Of a DNA stretch of 64,000 bases, positions 1-11,429 are shown one piece after another; position 1 is the first letter of the stretch; each line of letters begins with the position of its first letter. Below the pieces are notes generated by a model, which did not search any database, was not told the DNA's origin, and worked only from the letters and a program-made list of their open reading frames with translations. The stretch lies in assembly GCA_047495785.1 (NCBI GenBank), contig JBLDXI010000004.1, positions 2,604,001 through 2,668,000 on the forward strand, given 5' to 3'. A program made the position numbers and the translations under genes. This stretch comes from Lepidodermella squamata. Taxonomy: Eukaryota; Animalia; Gastrotricha.

Positions 1-391
1 TATCAGAAGTCGCGGATTTGGTTCATCATCAATTTTTTCTCTCGAATCCCATTCAGGTGAATATTTGAGGAGAGTTTATCCCAGACTAGATCTATTGACT
101 GATTGCATTGAATAATTCCTCATGGTTATGAAGTTGTTTGAAAAAGCGAGGCGAAAAAGCTTGCGCAAAATTTTTGAAACCCTATGTTACAAAAAATGTA
201 ATGGATCGCAAGGAATAATGTTTCTCATAGCATAGTAACGATCGATTGACCAATCGGCTTGCGCAACAGAAGTGGACAGAGGGTTTCTATGCTGATGAGC
301 TAAATTGTCGTCATTAACGATTAACGCTTTTTCGCATCAACCCTCAACGTTGTTTACTATATTACTCATACTCATTGCTAGTAATTTTCAG

Positions 392-2132
392 TGAAAGAAT
401 ATCTTGACTTGAGCGCGTGTTCCACATTCTTCCAAAACAGAAACGCCTACAACTAATGCAAGTTCATCGACAACAGTGAGTACTTCAACGACTATAACTA
501 CGACACATTCACCGTCTATGCCGACATCAACTACGACTGCAATAGCAACAATAAGTGCTTCGACTATTGTGGCCTCGCAGGAGTCGTCAACAACAACGAT
601 TGGTTCTACAGAGGCTACGCCAGATTTTTCAAACACTCTCATATCAAATTCAACAACAGTGGCAGCAATAAGTAGTTCGACTTCGACTATAGTGAGTTCG
701 CTGAGTACAGCATCGCTATCGACCACGACAATTGCTGTGAACTACTGTGGAGATGGCATAGTGCAGGCCGATCTCAACGAGGAGTGTGACGATGCGAATA
801 CGCTATCGAATGATGGGTGCGATTCGGCTTGCAGGTTTGAAGGTAGAGATTTTGAGCATCTCCTTGAACTGAAGAAAAACGCACGGAACTGCGCTTGATA
901 AAAGGTTTACTTTATTATTGTTCGATAACATTACCCATTCCAAATTTCCAAAAAGAGGGTTCAGAATCGTACAATGTCCTATCTCCAATAAGGTGGTTCA
1001 ATTTTCGCAGCCATCCCTATGACGTCAATATTAAGAAATAAGAAGGTTTTAAGGATATTAATCTGTTTGAATTTGTTCAGCACTGAACGCCAAGATGGAT
1101 ATCTATTTTGCGATCGACAGTTCTCGTTCGATTCCTATGACGCACATCCCAACACTGAATGGCCTTTTAAAAGTTCTTACGAAACAAATTATTCAAATTG
1201 CGCCATCAACACAGGTATGTGCCGTGCCTGTAAAAAATACTCACTGTGAACATGAAATTTGAGCAGCTTGGAGTACTCATGTTTGGCGGTCGTGTTGCTG
1301 GCAGACGCATCCTATCCTTAGCAGAAAGCAACATACAATTCACAGAGTCGATTTCGATTAGTTCTTTCTACGACAAACTAGCATACTTCAAAGGCCCAGG
1401 AAATGTCTCTAATGCGCTCAATAGGCTCAGAGACCCGGCGATTTTCAGCCCGGAAGGTCGGTTAATACCTTCCAAATTTCAAAAACAAAAACCATCAACT
1501 ATTTTTTCAGATGGATCACGGGTTGATGCAATAAAAGTTGTTGTCATTATAACCGCATCCCCAAGCTCTGACCTTTCAGCAGTGGAAGAACAATCATTGT
1601 GGAACCGCTGGTAAGTTGAACTTCGGCGCGCACGCTGATTGGTCAATTTATCGTTGCTAGTGACTCCGGAATGAAACAATTTAGTCGTGCGATCCACTAA
1701 TAAATTATTTTCTATTTATGCAAAAAATGACCTTGCCACACCCTCTGCACGGTTTCCATTGACCACGAGCGTAAACTCCATATTAATGGTGGTAAATTGC
1801 TGCGGCAAAAAACACTTGTTGAAAAAGATCTTATGGATCGCACGACCAACATGTTTCATCCGGGAGTCATAGCAACGATCGATTGACCAATCAGCGTGCG
1901 CATTGGATTGGACTTTTAAGTGGTCACACAATGATTGAGTTACGTAGCGTTGTCGAACCGGCGCATAATTTTGGTTCAATTACAGTCTAGCGACAAACAT
2001 AAAAATTTGGCGCACGATAAACAAGCAGCAAGATTTACTGCGCATGGCTTCTCGGTCATAACAATTATAAGCTGGAATCGCTTGATGGGCTATGTTCCAG
2101 CGATACTTAACGAACTTCGAAAATTTTCGTAG
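392..2132 (+). CDS. Partial multi-exon extracellular protein: Ser/Thr-rich mucin-like segment + CGDG..EECDD..NDGC Cys-rich repeat + VWA-like segment (5' end not identified; possibly degenerate)
   Basis: Putative exons 392-842 (S/T-rich, then YCGDGIVQADLNEECDDANTLSNDGCDSACRFE, the myxococcal/pappalysin-type Cys-rich repeat), 1081-1214, 1267-1456, 1511-1610 (GSRVDAIKVVVIITASPSSD, VWA-like) and about 1990-2132 (ARFTAHGFSVITI). GT/AG sites are present, but two junctions do not phase-match by eye and no DxSxS MIDAS motif is seen. Confidence 0.6.
1628..1901. repeat. Short intronic fold-back/MITE-like element with about 50-bp inverted arms; related copies at about 222-268 and 42947-43005
   Basis: gcgcacgctgattggtcaat..atcgttgcta..gactcc at 1628-1678 is mirrored at 1852-1901. 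The same motif recurs elsewhere in the window. Confidence 0.7.
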
Positions 2133-2190
2133 ACCAAGGCTGAATAGACTTCAACAGCTCGAAGATCTCGCCGATTAAAAAAATAAATAT

Positions 2191-3690
2191 GCCGGGGGAA
2201 CCCCCGTACTGTCACCGTTTGTGTCGTGGAAATCTTTGTATGCCGCCAATGTGCACCCACACCCAGCACACCGTAACTTGTCGGAATGCAATCGTAATGC
2301 AATGTGCAACCCATGACTACCCGCCTACATCCTACATTACCCTGTGCAACCCATGACTACCCGCCTACATCACTCCACAGCCAAAAAGAAGTCATTCCAA
2401 CCACTAGCCTCTGGAACCTTAAATTGCCTGGTACACCTTTGTGCACAGTAGAAGAATAGCTGCTTATTGCTTCGCGGTTTTTAGTTCACACAGCGTTCAC
2501 TGAGAAAAGCATACAAGCACACGTGATACGAACCAAGCCGAACGCCCCAATTTCCTGCCGTTAAATGTTCAAATAGGATCGTAAGCAATGAAGTTGTGAA
2601 GGACAGCTCGCATCGTTCAGAACCCATGTGCATTTCTTGCCGTTTGCCAAGTTTTTACGAAGCCTTACGAAATTTTGCCGTGAAAGCCTCGTAAAACGTA
2701 AAACTGCGGCAAACTTTGCATTACATACGTACGGGGCAGCTCGTTGAGATCGTAGGCAAGGAAGTTGTGCAAGGCAGCTCGTTCAGAAACCGTGTGCTTC
2801 TATGCTCCAGAGTCAACGATACACTTTCGTTGCTCTGAGACAACCATGGCGCCGTCGTGCTCAAACGGCAGCAGCAACGCAACAAGCCGACTTCCACGAG
2901 TCAAATTTCGGCGACGACTGTCGAGGAAAACACCGTTGACGCCTCATTTCTCATTTCTCATTTCTCATTTATTGGGACCGAGTATAATGCGGACACGTCT
3001 CCCGGCGACGCTATGGTTGCCTCAGAACAACGATAGTGTATCTTGGACTCCGGAGCATCGCCGCACACAGTTTCTGAACGAGCTGCCCTGCATCACTTCA
3101 TTGCCTACGATCCCGACGAGGGCGTTGGAAGCGACCGGGCGTTGCGGATTCCCTAATCGCTGAGTGATATTCAAACTTTTGAAAAGCAACTCGAAGCTCG
3201 TTCCCTACGCTCCTCGAGCTTATCAGAGTGGCATTTGCATCAAGTGGCTCGTCATACATTAAGAAGCTAACTCATAACGAAATAGCACGTAACACGTGAA
3301 CTCTTCCATGAAGTTGCTAGTTGCTCTTTTTCACCGTGTATTGCCGGCTATTACCGAGCATTTCCCGTGCTCTCATATGAACCAAATCGGCCGTGATTTT
3401 AATTTGACGCGATTTTACGAGTTTGCTAGAACAAAATTGCTTGGTGATCGGAAGCAGCTCATACTTTCCGTCTGGTATGACTATGGGCCGAAATTATTAT
3501 GCGTGAAACAAGTCTCTAACAACGTCGCCGCTGTTGGTTTGAAATGATACAAGTTTAGGGCTGACTTACACCTTCAAGTGCGTCGAGGAAAATTTTAGCT
3601 CTTTTGTAGCTATTTGTAGCTCACCCAGAGTATTATCACGCGAACGCCCTGTAGGAATTCACGGAAAGGTGTACATTGGGTTCCCCCGGC
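2191..3690. mobile_element. Probable non-autonomous DNA element bounded by 13-bp perfect inverted repeats
   Basis: GCCGGGGGAACCC (2191-2203) and GGGTTCCCCCGGC (3678-3690). Internal 29-bp direct repeat at 2303-2331/2343-2371. Subterminal 3602-3655 recurs at about 23808-23862. No clear TSD. Confidence 0.45.
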
Positions 3691-3825
3691 GCTACTGTAG
3701 CAGCTACGCTGCTGCTGTTGCCAATAAATGATTTATATGATTAAACGCATTTATTCGCAATGCGTCTGATACTAATGATATGTATTATGGAGTCATCCGA
3801 TCATAGAGCGAGGTAGGACCGCAGA

Positions 3826-4478
3826 AGTGATAGGAATTACAGAAATTGAAATAAGGGTCCCACCCTGTTAGTCTTAGGATGAGTTCAACGTACGGACCGA
3901 TTATTGATTTTCGATCCGAGCGGTGTTCGCCGAAGTGTAGCACGCCATCTACTGTTTACAGCACCAACAATCAAAGACGAAGTGTGGGAAAAAGCGCGTG
4001 TCTGGGCTCGAGATGTTGGCACCGGTCTTCGATCGCAGCCGAGCGGCAATAGAACTCTGTACGTGTGGACGAAGCAGTCCGCTTTGGCAGAAAGATGTTG
4101 CTCCCGCCAGCGAAGCGAGCCCATGGTCGACCGAAGAATCCGCCGAAGGACGAACTGTCTCAAGCTAGCTGGGAAGCTCTCTTGGCAAGAAACAAGCACT
4201 GGGACAAACATGTTGGCCCTCAGGTGGCTGACATATTCTCGAAATTCTCGTGGCCTGATTTCGACTCTTTCTCCAAGTTCGGATGTCAATTTTTTTCAAT
4301 TTTTTATGGCGTAAATTCTAGAGTTATTTGTATTGATGGGATGGTTTTGATCGACGGTTAGCAGCAAGTGTGCATTTGCTGGAATTTCTCAAAACTTACC
4401 ACCGCGTAAGAGTTGTGGTAATCTCAGCTTTCATCCCAGCTGGGATGAAATTCGATGAAGAATGAATGAATGAATGAA
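3826..4478 (+). repeat. Possible degenerate dispersed repeat/retroelement 3' remnant ending in (GAAT)n
   Basis: About 3826-3900 resembles about 41030-41095 (gaaataagggtc..ccc.tg...gagttca...cggac). It ends with palindrome ttcatcccagctgggatgaa (4431-4449) and (GAAT)4 at 4460-4478. Confidence 0.3.
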
Positions 4479-4888
4479 GATTTTGCAGAAGCCAGTATCA
4501 TCGATGAGCCGCAATTTTATACAATGTGAAATATGCAGCGTGAACATTGAACACGGCAGTGTGAATGATGAGCAAGGGCACCTGAATCTATAATGCTACT
4601 CACGTGCATTTCTCCCCGTGTCATCAAGTTGTTTTCATCAACTGAATTGCTATGCTCACGGCCTTGCCAAAATACACCTCAGCGCGTGATATTCATCGAT
4701 TTCTTCATTTTATCTTTTGAGTGCCAGTAGGTCCAGCTGCACCCTGTTTGACTAGTTCTCACTGCTCACGTAATTTCATATGATATAGTAGGGCCCTTCC
4801 CGCTAAGAAACCTTAAGCATTCCTTCTGCTCGCTAAGTTTTCTCACTTGGAATTTTTTGAATTTCTTTCTCTCCGAAAAAACGAAACC

Positions 4889-5118
4889 ATGAACAAGCTC
4901 ATTCTTGTTGTTGCTTTGTTGGTAAGCTATCCTGCGTGAATATATTATGCTTATTCTCAATATCATGTTCGTTCATAATTTTACACCAGGTCTTAGTAGC
5001 CATTGTATCCATGGCTGCTGAATTCCCTGTCGAATCAGCTCGCGTGCGGCCTCCCTCCTGCCTGAAATGCGTCATGTGGAAGAACGACGTCTGCGTCTAT
5101 AGAAAACCTATATGTTAG
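4889..5118 (+). CDS. Secreted prepro-peptide 1 (53 aa; predicted 24-aa, 4-Cys mature peptide VRPPSCLKCVMWKNDVCVYRKPIC)
   Basis: Exon 1 4889-4921 (MNKLILVVALL), phase-0 GT-AG intron 4922-4989, exon 2 4990-5118. 20-aa hydrophobic signal plus AEFPVESAR propeptide. AATAAA at 5234-5239. Paralog at 6031. Confidence 0.8.
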
Positions 5119-6030
5119 ATGCAACGATGGCTGGCTTATCGGTTACTGAAAACACGTGCACCAGAAACATGACGTAGCAGCGCGAATATTGCACCAGTGA
5201 CATGTGGGATGAACTGGTAGAGATATAATGTGCAATAAACACTACTTACTCATCATCATTACGGCTCCGTTACTTGTTTTTTTACATTTTTGCTACTAGA
5301 TCCCATGAAATGTCGATTACAAAAATCGAATACAGTTAATTTTGACCATTTGCAGTAATTGTGGCGAGTTTTAGCGCAGAATTTATGGGTTCCAACGAGG
5401 AACCAATTTAGAAATCGATGCCCAAAATATTCGGCTGCTTTCCGCGATGCGGAGAATGTATGGGACCGCCGCATATCGTTGGCGAAGTTTAATAACTCGG
5501 ATTTAAGCTTTTTTACCGTTTAAATAACTCTTGCCAAGTAGATCGCCCGATACCGTGTCTTCCTTTCTACCGATTTAAGACGCTGCCATTCACCACTCAA
5601 GGGATGGTCACTCGAAAGCGTGGGCGGGACTGCTGGTCGCTGGGTCACATTGACGAGCTGAAAAAATCCGGTATGAAAATAACAAAGGGGTTGCTAAAGC
5701 CAGTATCAGTGTTAAGCCACAATTTTATTTAATGTGAAATATGAAGTATGAACATTTAACAAGACAGTGTAAAAGATGAGCAAGACCACCTGATTCTACA
5801 ATGCTGTTTGCGTCAATTTCTCCTCTTCATAATCATTATTCAGTGATGACTCCATCAACTGTCACATGCCACATGTCCAGCTGCCTCTGCGCCCTGTTTG
5901 ATCAGTTCTGCTGACGTAATTTCATATTATTTAATAGGGCCTTCTTCCTCGATATCTTCATTCCTTCTGCTCGCTAAGTTTTCTCACTCTGAATTTTTCG
6001 AATTTTTCTCTCTTCAAAAAAACCGAAATC

Positions 6031-6343
6031 ATGAACAAGCTCATTCTTGTTGCTGCTGTCTTGGTAAGCTGTCTTGCTAGAATATATTATATACCCATGG
6101 TTGTTATCAATATTTTCGTTTTTAATTTCACAGGCCTTTGTAGCGGCTGTGTCTACGGCTGACGAAGCCCCAGTCGAATCAGCTCGCCAGGAATGCGCTG
6201 ATTACAAGTGTTTGAATAAGACAACTGCGGAAGCCACTTGCGTGCCTCGCAAGAAAGGAGAGCAGACTTACAAGCCATGTGGGAAGAACTTTCACATCGG
6301 TTGCAAGAATGGATCCCTCTTCTGTTACCGAAACGGCAAGTGA
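6031..6343 (+). CDS. Secreted prepro-peptide 2 (80 aa; predicted 51-aa, 6-Cys mature peptide starting with Q and ending in -GK)
   Basis: Exon 1 6031-6063 (MNKLILVAAVL), intron 6064-6133, exon 2 6134-6343 (AFVAAVSTA-DEAPVESAR-QECADYKC...FCYRNGK). AATAAA at 6456-6461. Confidence 0.85.
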
Positions 6344-7198
6344 GATGAAGTGGCTGTCGATCAAGCTAGAGGAGAGTGGCAAAATAATGCTGTAGAGTGG
6401 ACTGGGCTATTGCTTCATGAGCGATGACGTAGCAGAGAGCAGAGAGATACTGTGAAATAAATATTACTCGTCAGTATAGCTCTTTAATGTTTTCCAAATT
6501 ATTCTCCGGTGTTAGGCTATCCACAGCCAGCGATTCTCAGCCAGTCAGAGGTGCGGGGGTTCCCTACTTACCTGCTTACCTGCTCAAGAGAGCTATAGCA
6601 AGAAAAGTACAGGGGTGCGTTGGAACTCCACAGCTCCGAGACTCCAAAGAGGGGACCCTTTGGTTTCTTCGGCTTGGTGCTAGAAAACACCTCAGCTCCC
6701 GGATCCTACTTCGCCCACTGAGAAAAAGTATAAAAAATTACACTCTAGCCTCTAGCCCGAGGTTTTCTTCCTCGTACACAGGATTTTGTGTAGACCCTTA
6801 TCATATAAGAGGCTGCTATTCATTAAAGGCTCTGATTTCAAATCAGTGTTACAATTTACGATTTGTTGGTCTTGTAGCTCAGGCTAGATTCTGGCACAAT
6901 GTTTGCAGCTTTTAGCGGACCCCCACGATCACATGGCCATTTTATCATCCTAAACTGAGGTTTGGCATTCAACACGAGCTGTTCGCATCAAATATTTACC
7001 AATTGGGGGTGGAGATAGGATATGAGCAGAATTTTCGATGCAGCAATTTTCTAACAACGAGTGGGTCCCCATTGATTTTCACAGTTTCGGACGAAATGAT
7101 CCCACGCAATTTAATAAAACAATCAAACATTGCTGTGAAGCAATTTCCTCAGTGGTAGAAACATGGCGCGAGTCCATAGGCAGAGATCATCAGCAAAA

Positions 7199-8396
7199 AT
7201 GTTTTTTCTTTTGTTACCTATGTGCCTTGTCTCTTCTGTAGCTACCCAAAACTCAACCTACACTCCGTACGGTGAGCAATTGAGACGCTATTTCTCTGAC
7301 AAATGCAGCATCTCATCGAGAGATCGCCCGGTGATTAACGGCACTGATGCCATCGACGTTTTCTTCGTATTCAACCCTATAAGACTCAGGGAATTGAACG
7401 AACCCGAGGAAAGGCTAGACATCCTCCTGAGTCTCAGTTTCGGCTATCAACACCCATGTGTGCAATGGAACCCCAAGGATTGGGGCTCTACCCCAGTATT
7501 TAGAGTCGACCCTGCCGATACGTGGAAACCACCGGTCTACCTAGTTAATGGCGATGCTGCTGTCTCGCTTCGTGAGGCTTTTGACGACTCGTTCGGTTTC
7601 TCTTTCAGGCATAACGGCGACGCATTTCTATCGACAACCGTCAGTTTCTCCACATTCTGCCTGCTAGAGTGAGTTTGAAATTCATTGGAAAATCTAAAAG
7701 TTCATTGTTTCCCCCTTAAGCTTGGAGAAATTTCCGTTCGACACGCAGAAATGTTCCATGATTTTCGAGTCGTTTGACGGCAATAATATTCAGCGGCTTG
7801 ATTTGCTAGGATCAGAGTCTGGCATAACAGATTCAAAAGATGCGCCATTCATCTCGCCAACATCGGTTTGGTCACTGGTCAGATTCGGCGTTAACACTTC
7901 ATCAGTAGAATACGCTCACATTCCTAAATGTTTCTTTGATCGCGTGTTTTTCGAAATTGAAATCAAGCGTAAACCTAACACGTTTCTAGTCAACATTTTC
8001 TACCCATCCTTCGCGCTATCAGGCCTTCTTTTCGGTTCTATTCTCATTGAGCCCGATTCGCCCGATCGAGCTACATTTTGCGTCACTCTGTTACTTGCTT
8101 TCTCTGTACTTCAATCGGTAATTGTAGAAATGATACCTAAATCCAGTGTAATTCCGTATGCTTTGGTGTTCGTAACGGCTCAGCTTTCAGCCGGGATTCT
8201 ACTCACTTTCTACGCCCTCATCACTGTTTGCCTAGCGAGCCACTCGAAATTCCAGCGAAAAATATTGAAAAATATGAAGTGTTTGCCTAGCATGACACTG
8301 ATCAGATTTCTCGATTTCATTATATTTCTAGCTGGTGGTTTATTGCTTCTATTGATCGATTGTTACGTACTTCTGCAAATGCTGAAAGCTGATTGA
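7199..8396 (+). CDS. Cys-loop pentameric ligand-gated ion channel subunit, divergent nAChR-like (non-alpha)
   Basis: Exons 7199-7668 and 7721-8396 (52-nt intron). Signal peptide, RPV, QWNPKDWG and WKPP motifs. Spliced Cys-loop C-LLDLEKFPFDTQK-C, IKRKP before M1, four TM segments. No vicinal CC. Confidence 0.92.
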
Positions 8397-9200
8397 ATGT
8401 CATCTGTTTCTGAATCAAGTCTCAAAAGTAAACTTGGGTATTTCTACATTTTCATCAAGTCATAAAATGAAATCATTTCAAGAATGTAGTGTGTAGTTAG
8501 AGATCTAGCCAGATGGCTCAAAGCTCAAAGTGCACGAAAAGTTGCCCAGCAAATGGGGCTTTGCAACCTATCTAACCTAACAATTGAGATTTTCGGGAAA
8601 AAATCGTTCATCAAGGAGCGGAGAACTCTAGGTATTAAGCTGAAAAACCTAGCCTACCTAACGGAAGCTAACCTTTCCATGTTGAGAAGGTACTTGAGTA
8701 GCATTTAAGGATTTTGTTTATCCGGTTCAAAAGTTGCTCGGCCTAAGAGACTTCCAATCCGAGGACATTCGAATCTCGTCATTGGTGTATTCCGCAGCTC
8801 GTAGGAGCCACGAAAAGCATCCGTCATTTCTTTTTTCTTGAATTTCAGAATGGGCTATCAATTTTCATTTAGTCACACGATGCTAGGTCATTTTCTTAGA
8901 CATACGCCGTACTTTCGTAGCACCGAAAAAGACTACTCTGAATCTAGATCGAGCGAGATCGAGAGCTGAGATTATGAGAGAAACGATAATCTGCTAATTC
9001 AGCATTTGTATTGATAAAGCCTTCGTAATCAGCTTTTACGCTCTCATATTACTCCCAACACTGATAAGGGATTGAACTAAAGCCTTATACATATTTCCAT
9101 TAGAACGTAATCCTATCGCTAGACGATATAAAAGCGCGATTCTATCACGCATTCTCAACGCTTTCAACACTTTTCGCAATAAACTCGTTTGCGATAAAAT

Positions 9201-11369
9201 ATGGCTGAGGAGTCGAATCAGTACACCTATCGGCTCTTAATGCTGGTCCTCGGCATGATTTTCCTCGCTGATCGACTTGCTTCTCACCTCGCGGCAGCAC
9301 TCAGCATTCAGCCGAGAAATTATGCGTCATTAATCGTCGTTTTAGCTGAGATCCTTGTCGTCGCTCATGTTACTATCATCTCACTCACACTCGCCCTTCT
9401 TCCCATGTCACGACGTCACACTTTAACATCCGCCCTAAAACATTTCTTCATGCTGATCGGTCTGTATATCCTCTCGAAATATCGATGGTTCCTGCTCGAA
9501 AAAGCCGCAAAATCCCCCCGGAAACATCAGGAAAAGTTTCTTCTCGATCTCCTGCGGAAAAACGCTGAAACGGAATACGGTCGGAAGTACAACTTTAAAA
9601 GCATACGATCCAGGGAAGACTTCCGACGAATGGTCCCGTTGTCGACTTACGAGGTTTACCGGCCTTATATTGATCGGTTGAAGAATGGGGAAAATGACCT
9701 GTTAACCAGCGATAAAGTCGAAAGATTCGCAGTGACGTCTGGAACCACTGGTCCATGTAAATTAATCCCTGCCCCAGCTACAGGGCATAGGTATATGGTC
9801 TGGAATTTTTTCATACCTATGATTGTGAGTGCGATGAGGCAGAATAAGGACGCATTTGTTGCCCCGTTGAAGACAGGTCTTTTCATTTTGAGCCCGAACT
9901 GGAAATATACCGAAATCGGGAATTTACCGATCGGACCTATTTCCGCCACCCACCCTAGTCGAAGGAGTACTTTCATGTCCCTCAGCAAAACTATACCTGA
10001 TGAGGTTGATGTATACCTGAGTGAATCAAGCCAGTTATACCTTCATTGGCTATTCGCGTTAAGTGACCGGGATCTGGCGAGAATCGACGCCCCTTTCGCT
10101 GGCAGCCTCATTAACGCATTCGCCTTTCTCGAGAAGAATTGGGACTCGTTAGCCGATGATATTCGCAATGGCAGGGTGTCTCAAAAGTTCGACATTCCAA
10201 TTCCGATAATCAAAGAAATTTACGCGAATTATTTGATTTGGCCAGACAAATTTAGGGCTGATGAGATAGAAAATGAGTGTTCAAAAGGGTTTGAGGGTAT
10301 CGTACCCCGTCTTTGGCGCAGGGTAGTCTCGGTATCGGCCTGTATTACAGGATCGCAGGAAATACATCGCGAACGACTTCAGTGGTACTTGGGTGATAAA
10401 ATTAGGATTTTCTCCCCATTCCTCATCGCATCAGAAGGAGTGATAGCTATGAATATGGATGGCCCTGCTGAGGTTAAGGGTGGTAGTGCCCAGTTATACA
10501 CCTTACTACCAGATTCCTGTTTCATGGAATTCATTAAGGAAGAAGATATCGAGAAACCAGACCCTGAAACTTCATTCATGGATGAATTGGAGATTGGGAA
10601 GCGGTATGAGTTAGTGATCACCTCAATCTTCGGTTTATACCGATATAGAATGGGGGACATTTTGAAGGTCAAGGACAAAAGGCATGACCAGACCCCAAAA
10701 GTCAAATTTTGCGCCCGAGTTGGGTCAATTCTGGATCTAATGGGAGAAAAGACCACGGAAGACATGGTTTCATTAGCGATCCGTCGTAGTTTGAGAAACC
10801 TAAAGGGCTGCCGGGGTATCGTAGATTACACTACCTCTGAAAGTTCAAGTATTGCTCGGGCGTTGTCAGCAGAAATGAAGAGCCAGTCACCCTCGGGGAT
10901 GTATTACGTGGTTTTTGTGGAGCTTGATGGTATCAACCGAGATTTGCAGCAAAATGAGATGGATCGCTTCGACCGCGAACTCAGCGAGATCAGCTATCCC
11001 TACAAGTCTTTCAGAGCAAAAGGATCGATTTTGAAACCAAAGGTGAGAGGAAAATCTATTTCAGGATAATTCATGCATAATTAATGAAACTTTGAATATT
11101 CATGCATAAATCAAATGTTTATGCATAAATGCATAAACATTTCGAAAATTTTAGGAATTAAATTACTGGAAATGCCATTATTCATGAACCTTTTGCAGGT
11201 GATCACTGTGATGAAAGGAACTTTCGGAAAGCTGAAACAAGCTTTGGAAACAGGAATGGCCAGTTCGAACCAATACAAAACACCGAGGTACATCAAAAAT
11301 GGAGAACTCTTTCACGTACTCACAGCCGGAGCCTTTCCTAATCAGAAAGCAGTCATAGCCTCTTTTTGA
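9201..11369 (+). CDS. GHDC: GH3 domain-containing protein (GHDC-like acyl-adenylate-forming family) with hydrophobic N-terminus
   Basis: Exons 9201-11042 and 11199-11369. GH3 hallmarks TEYGRKYNF, VPLSTYE, TSGTTGxxK, ASEG, YELVIT, GLYRYRMGD, GEKT and terminal QYKTPR. Confidence 0.9.
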
Positions 11370-11429
11370 ATAACAAATACACCGTTTGCTTTATTTGATC
11401 AAATTTTGAAGAAGCAATAAAAACAGTTT

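Larger units (their letters stand above)
4490..6470 (+). repeat. Tandem duplication unit (about 4490-5240 and about 5697-6470) carrying the peptide genes and their upstream regions
   Basis: Colinear shared blocks: agccagtatca, aatgtgaaatatg, gatgagcaag..cacctga, gtccagctgc, acgtaatttcatat, cattccttctgctcgctaagttttctcact, and 3'UTR atgacgtagcag. Confidence 0.85.

Noticed and set aside
388-726. Val-rich minus-strand ORF (also the Val-rich plus-strand ORFs at 21507, 22522, 28582 and 28888)
   Set aside because: These are antisense shadows of Thr/Ser-rich mucin exons.
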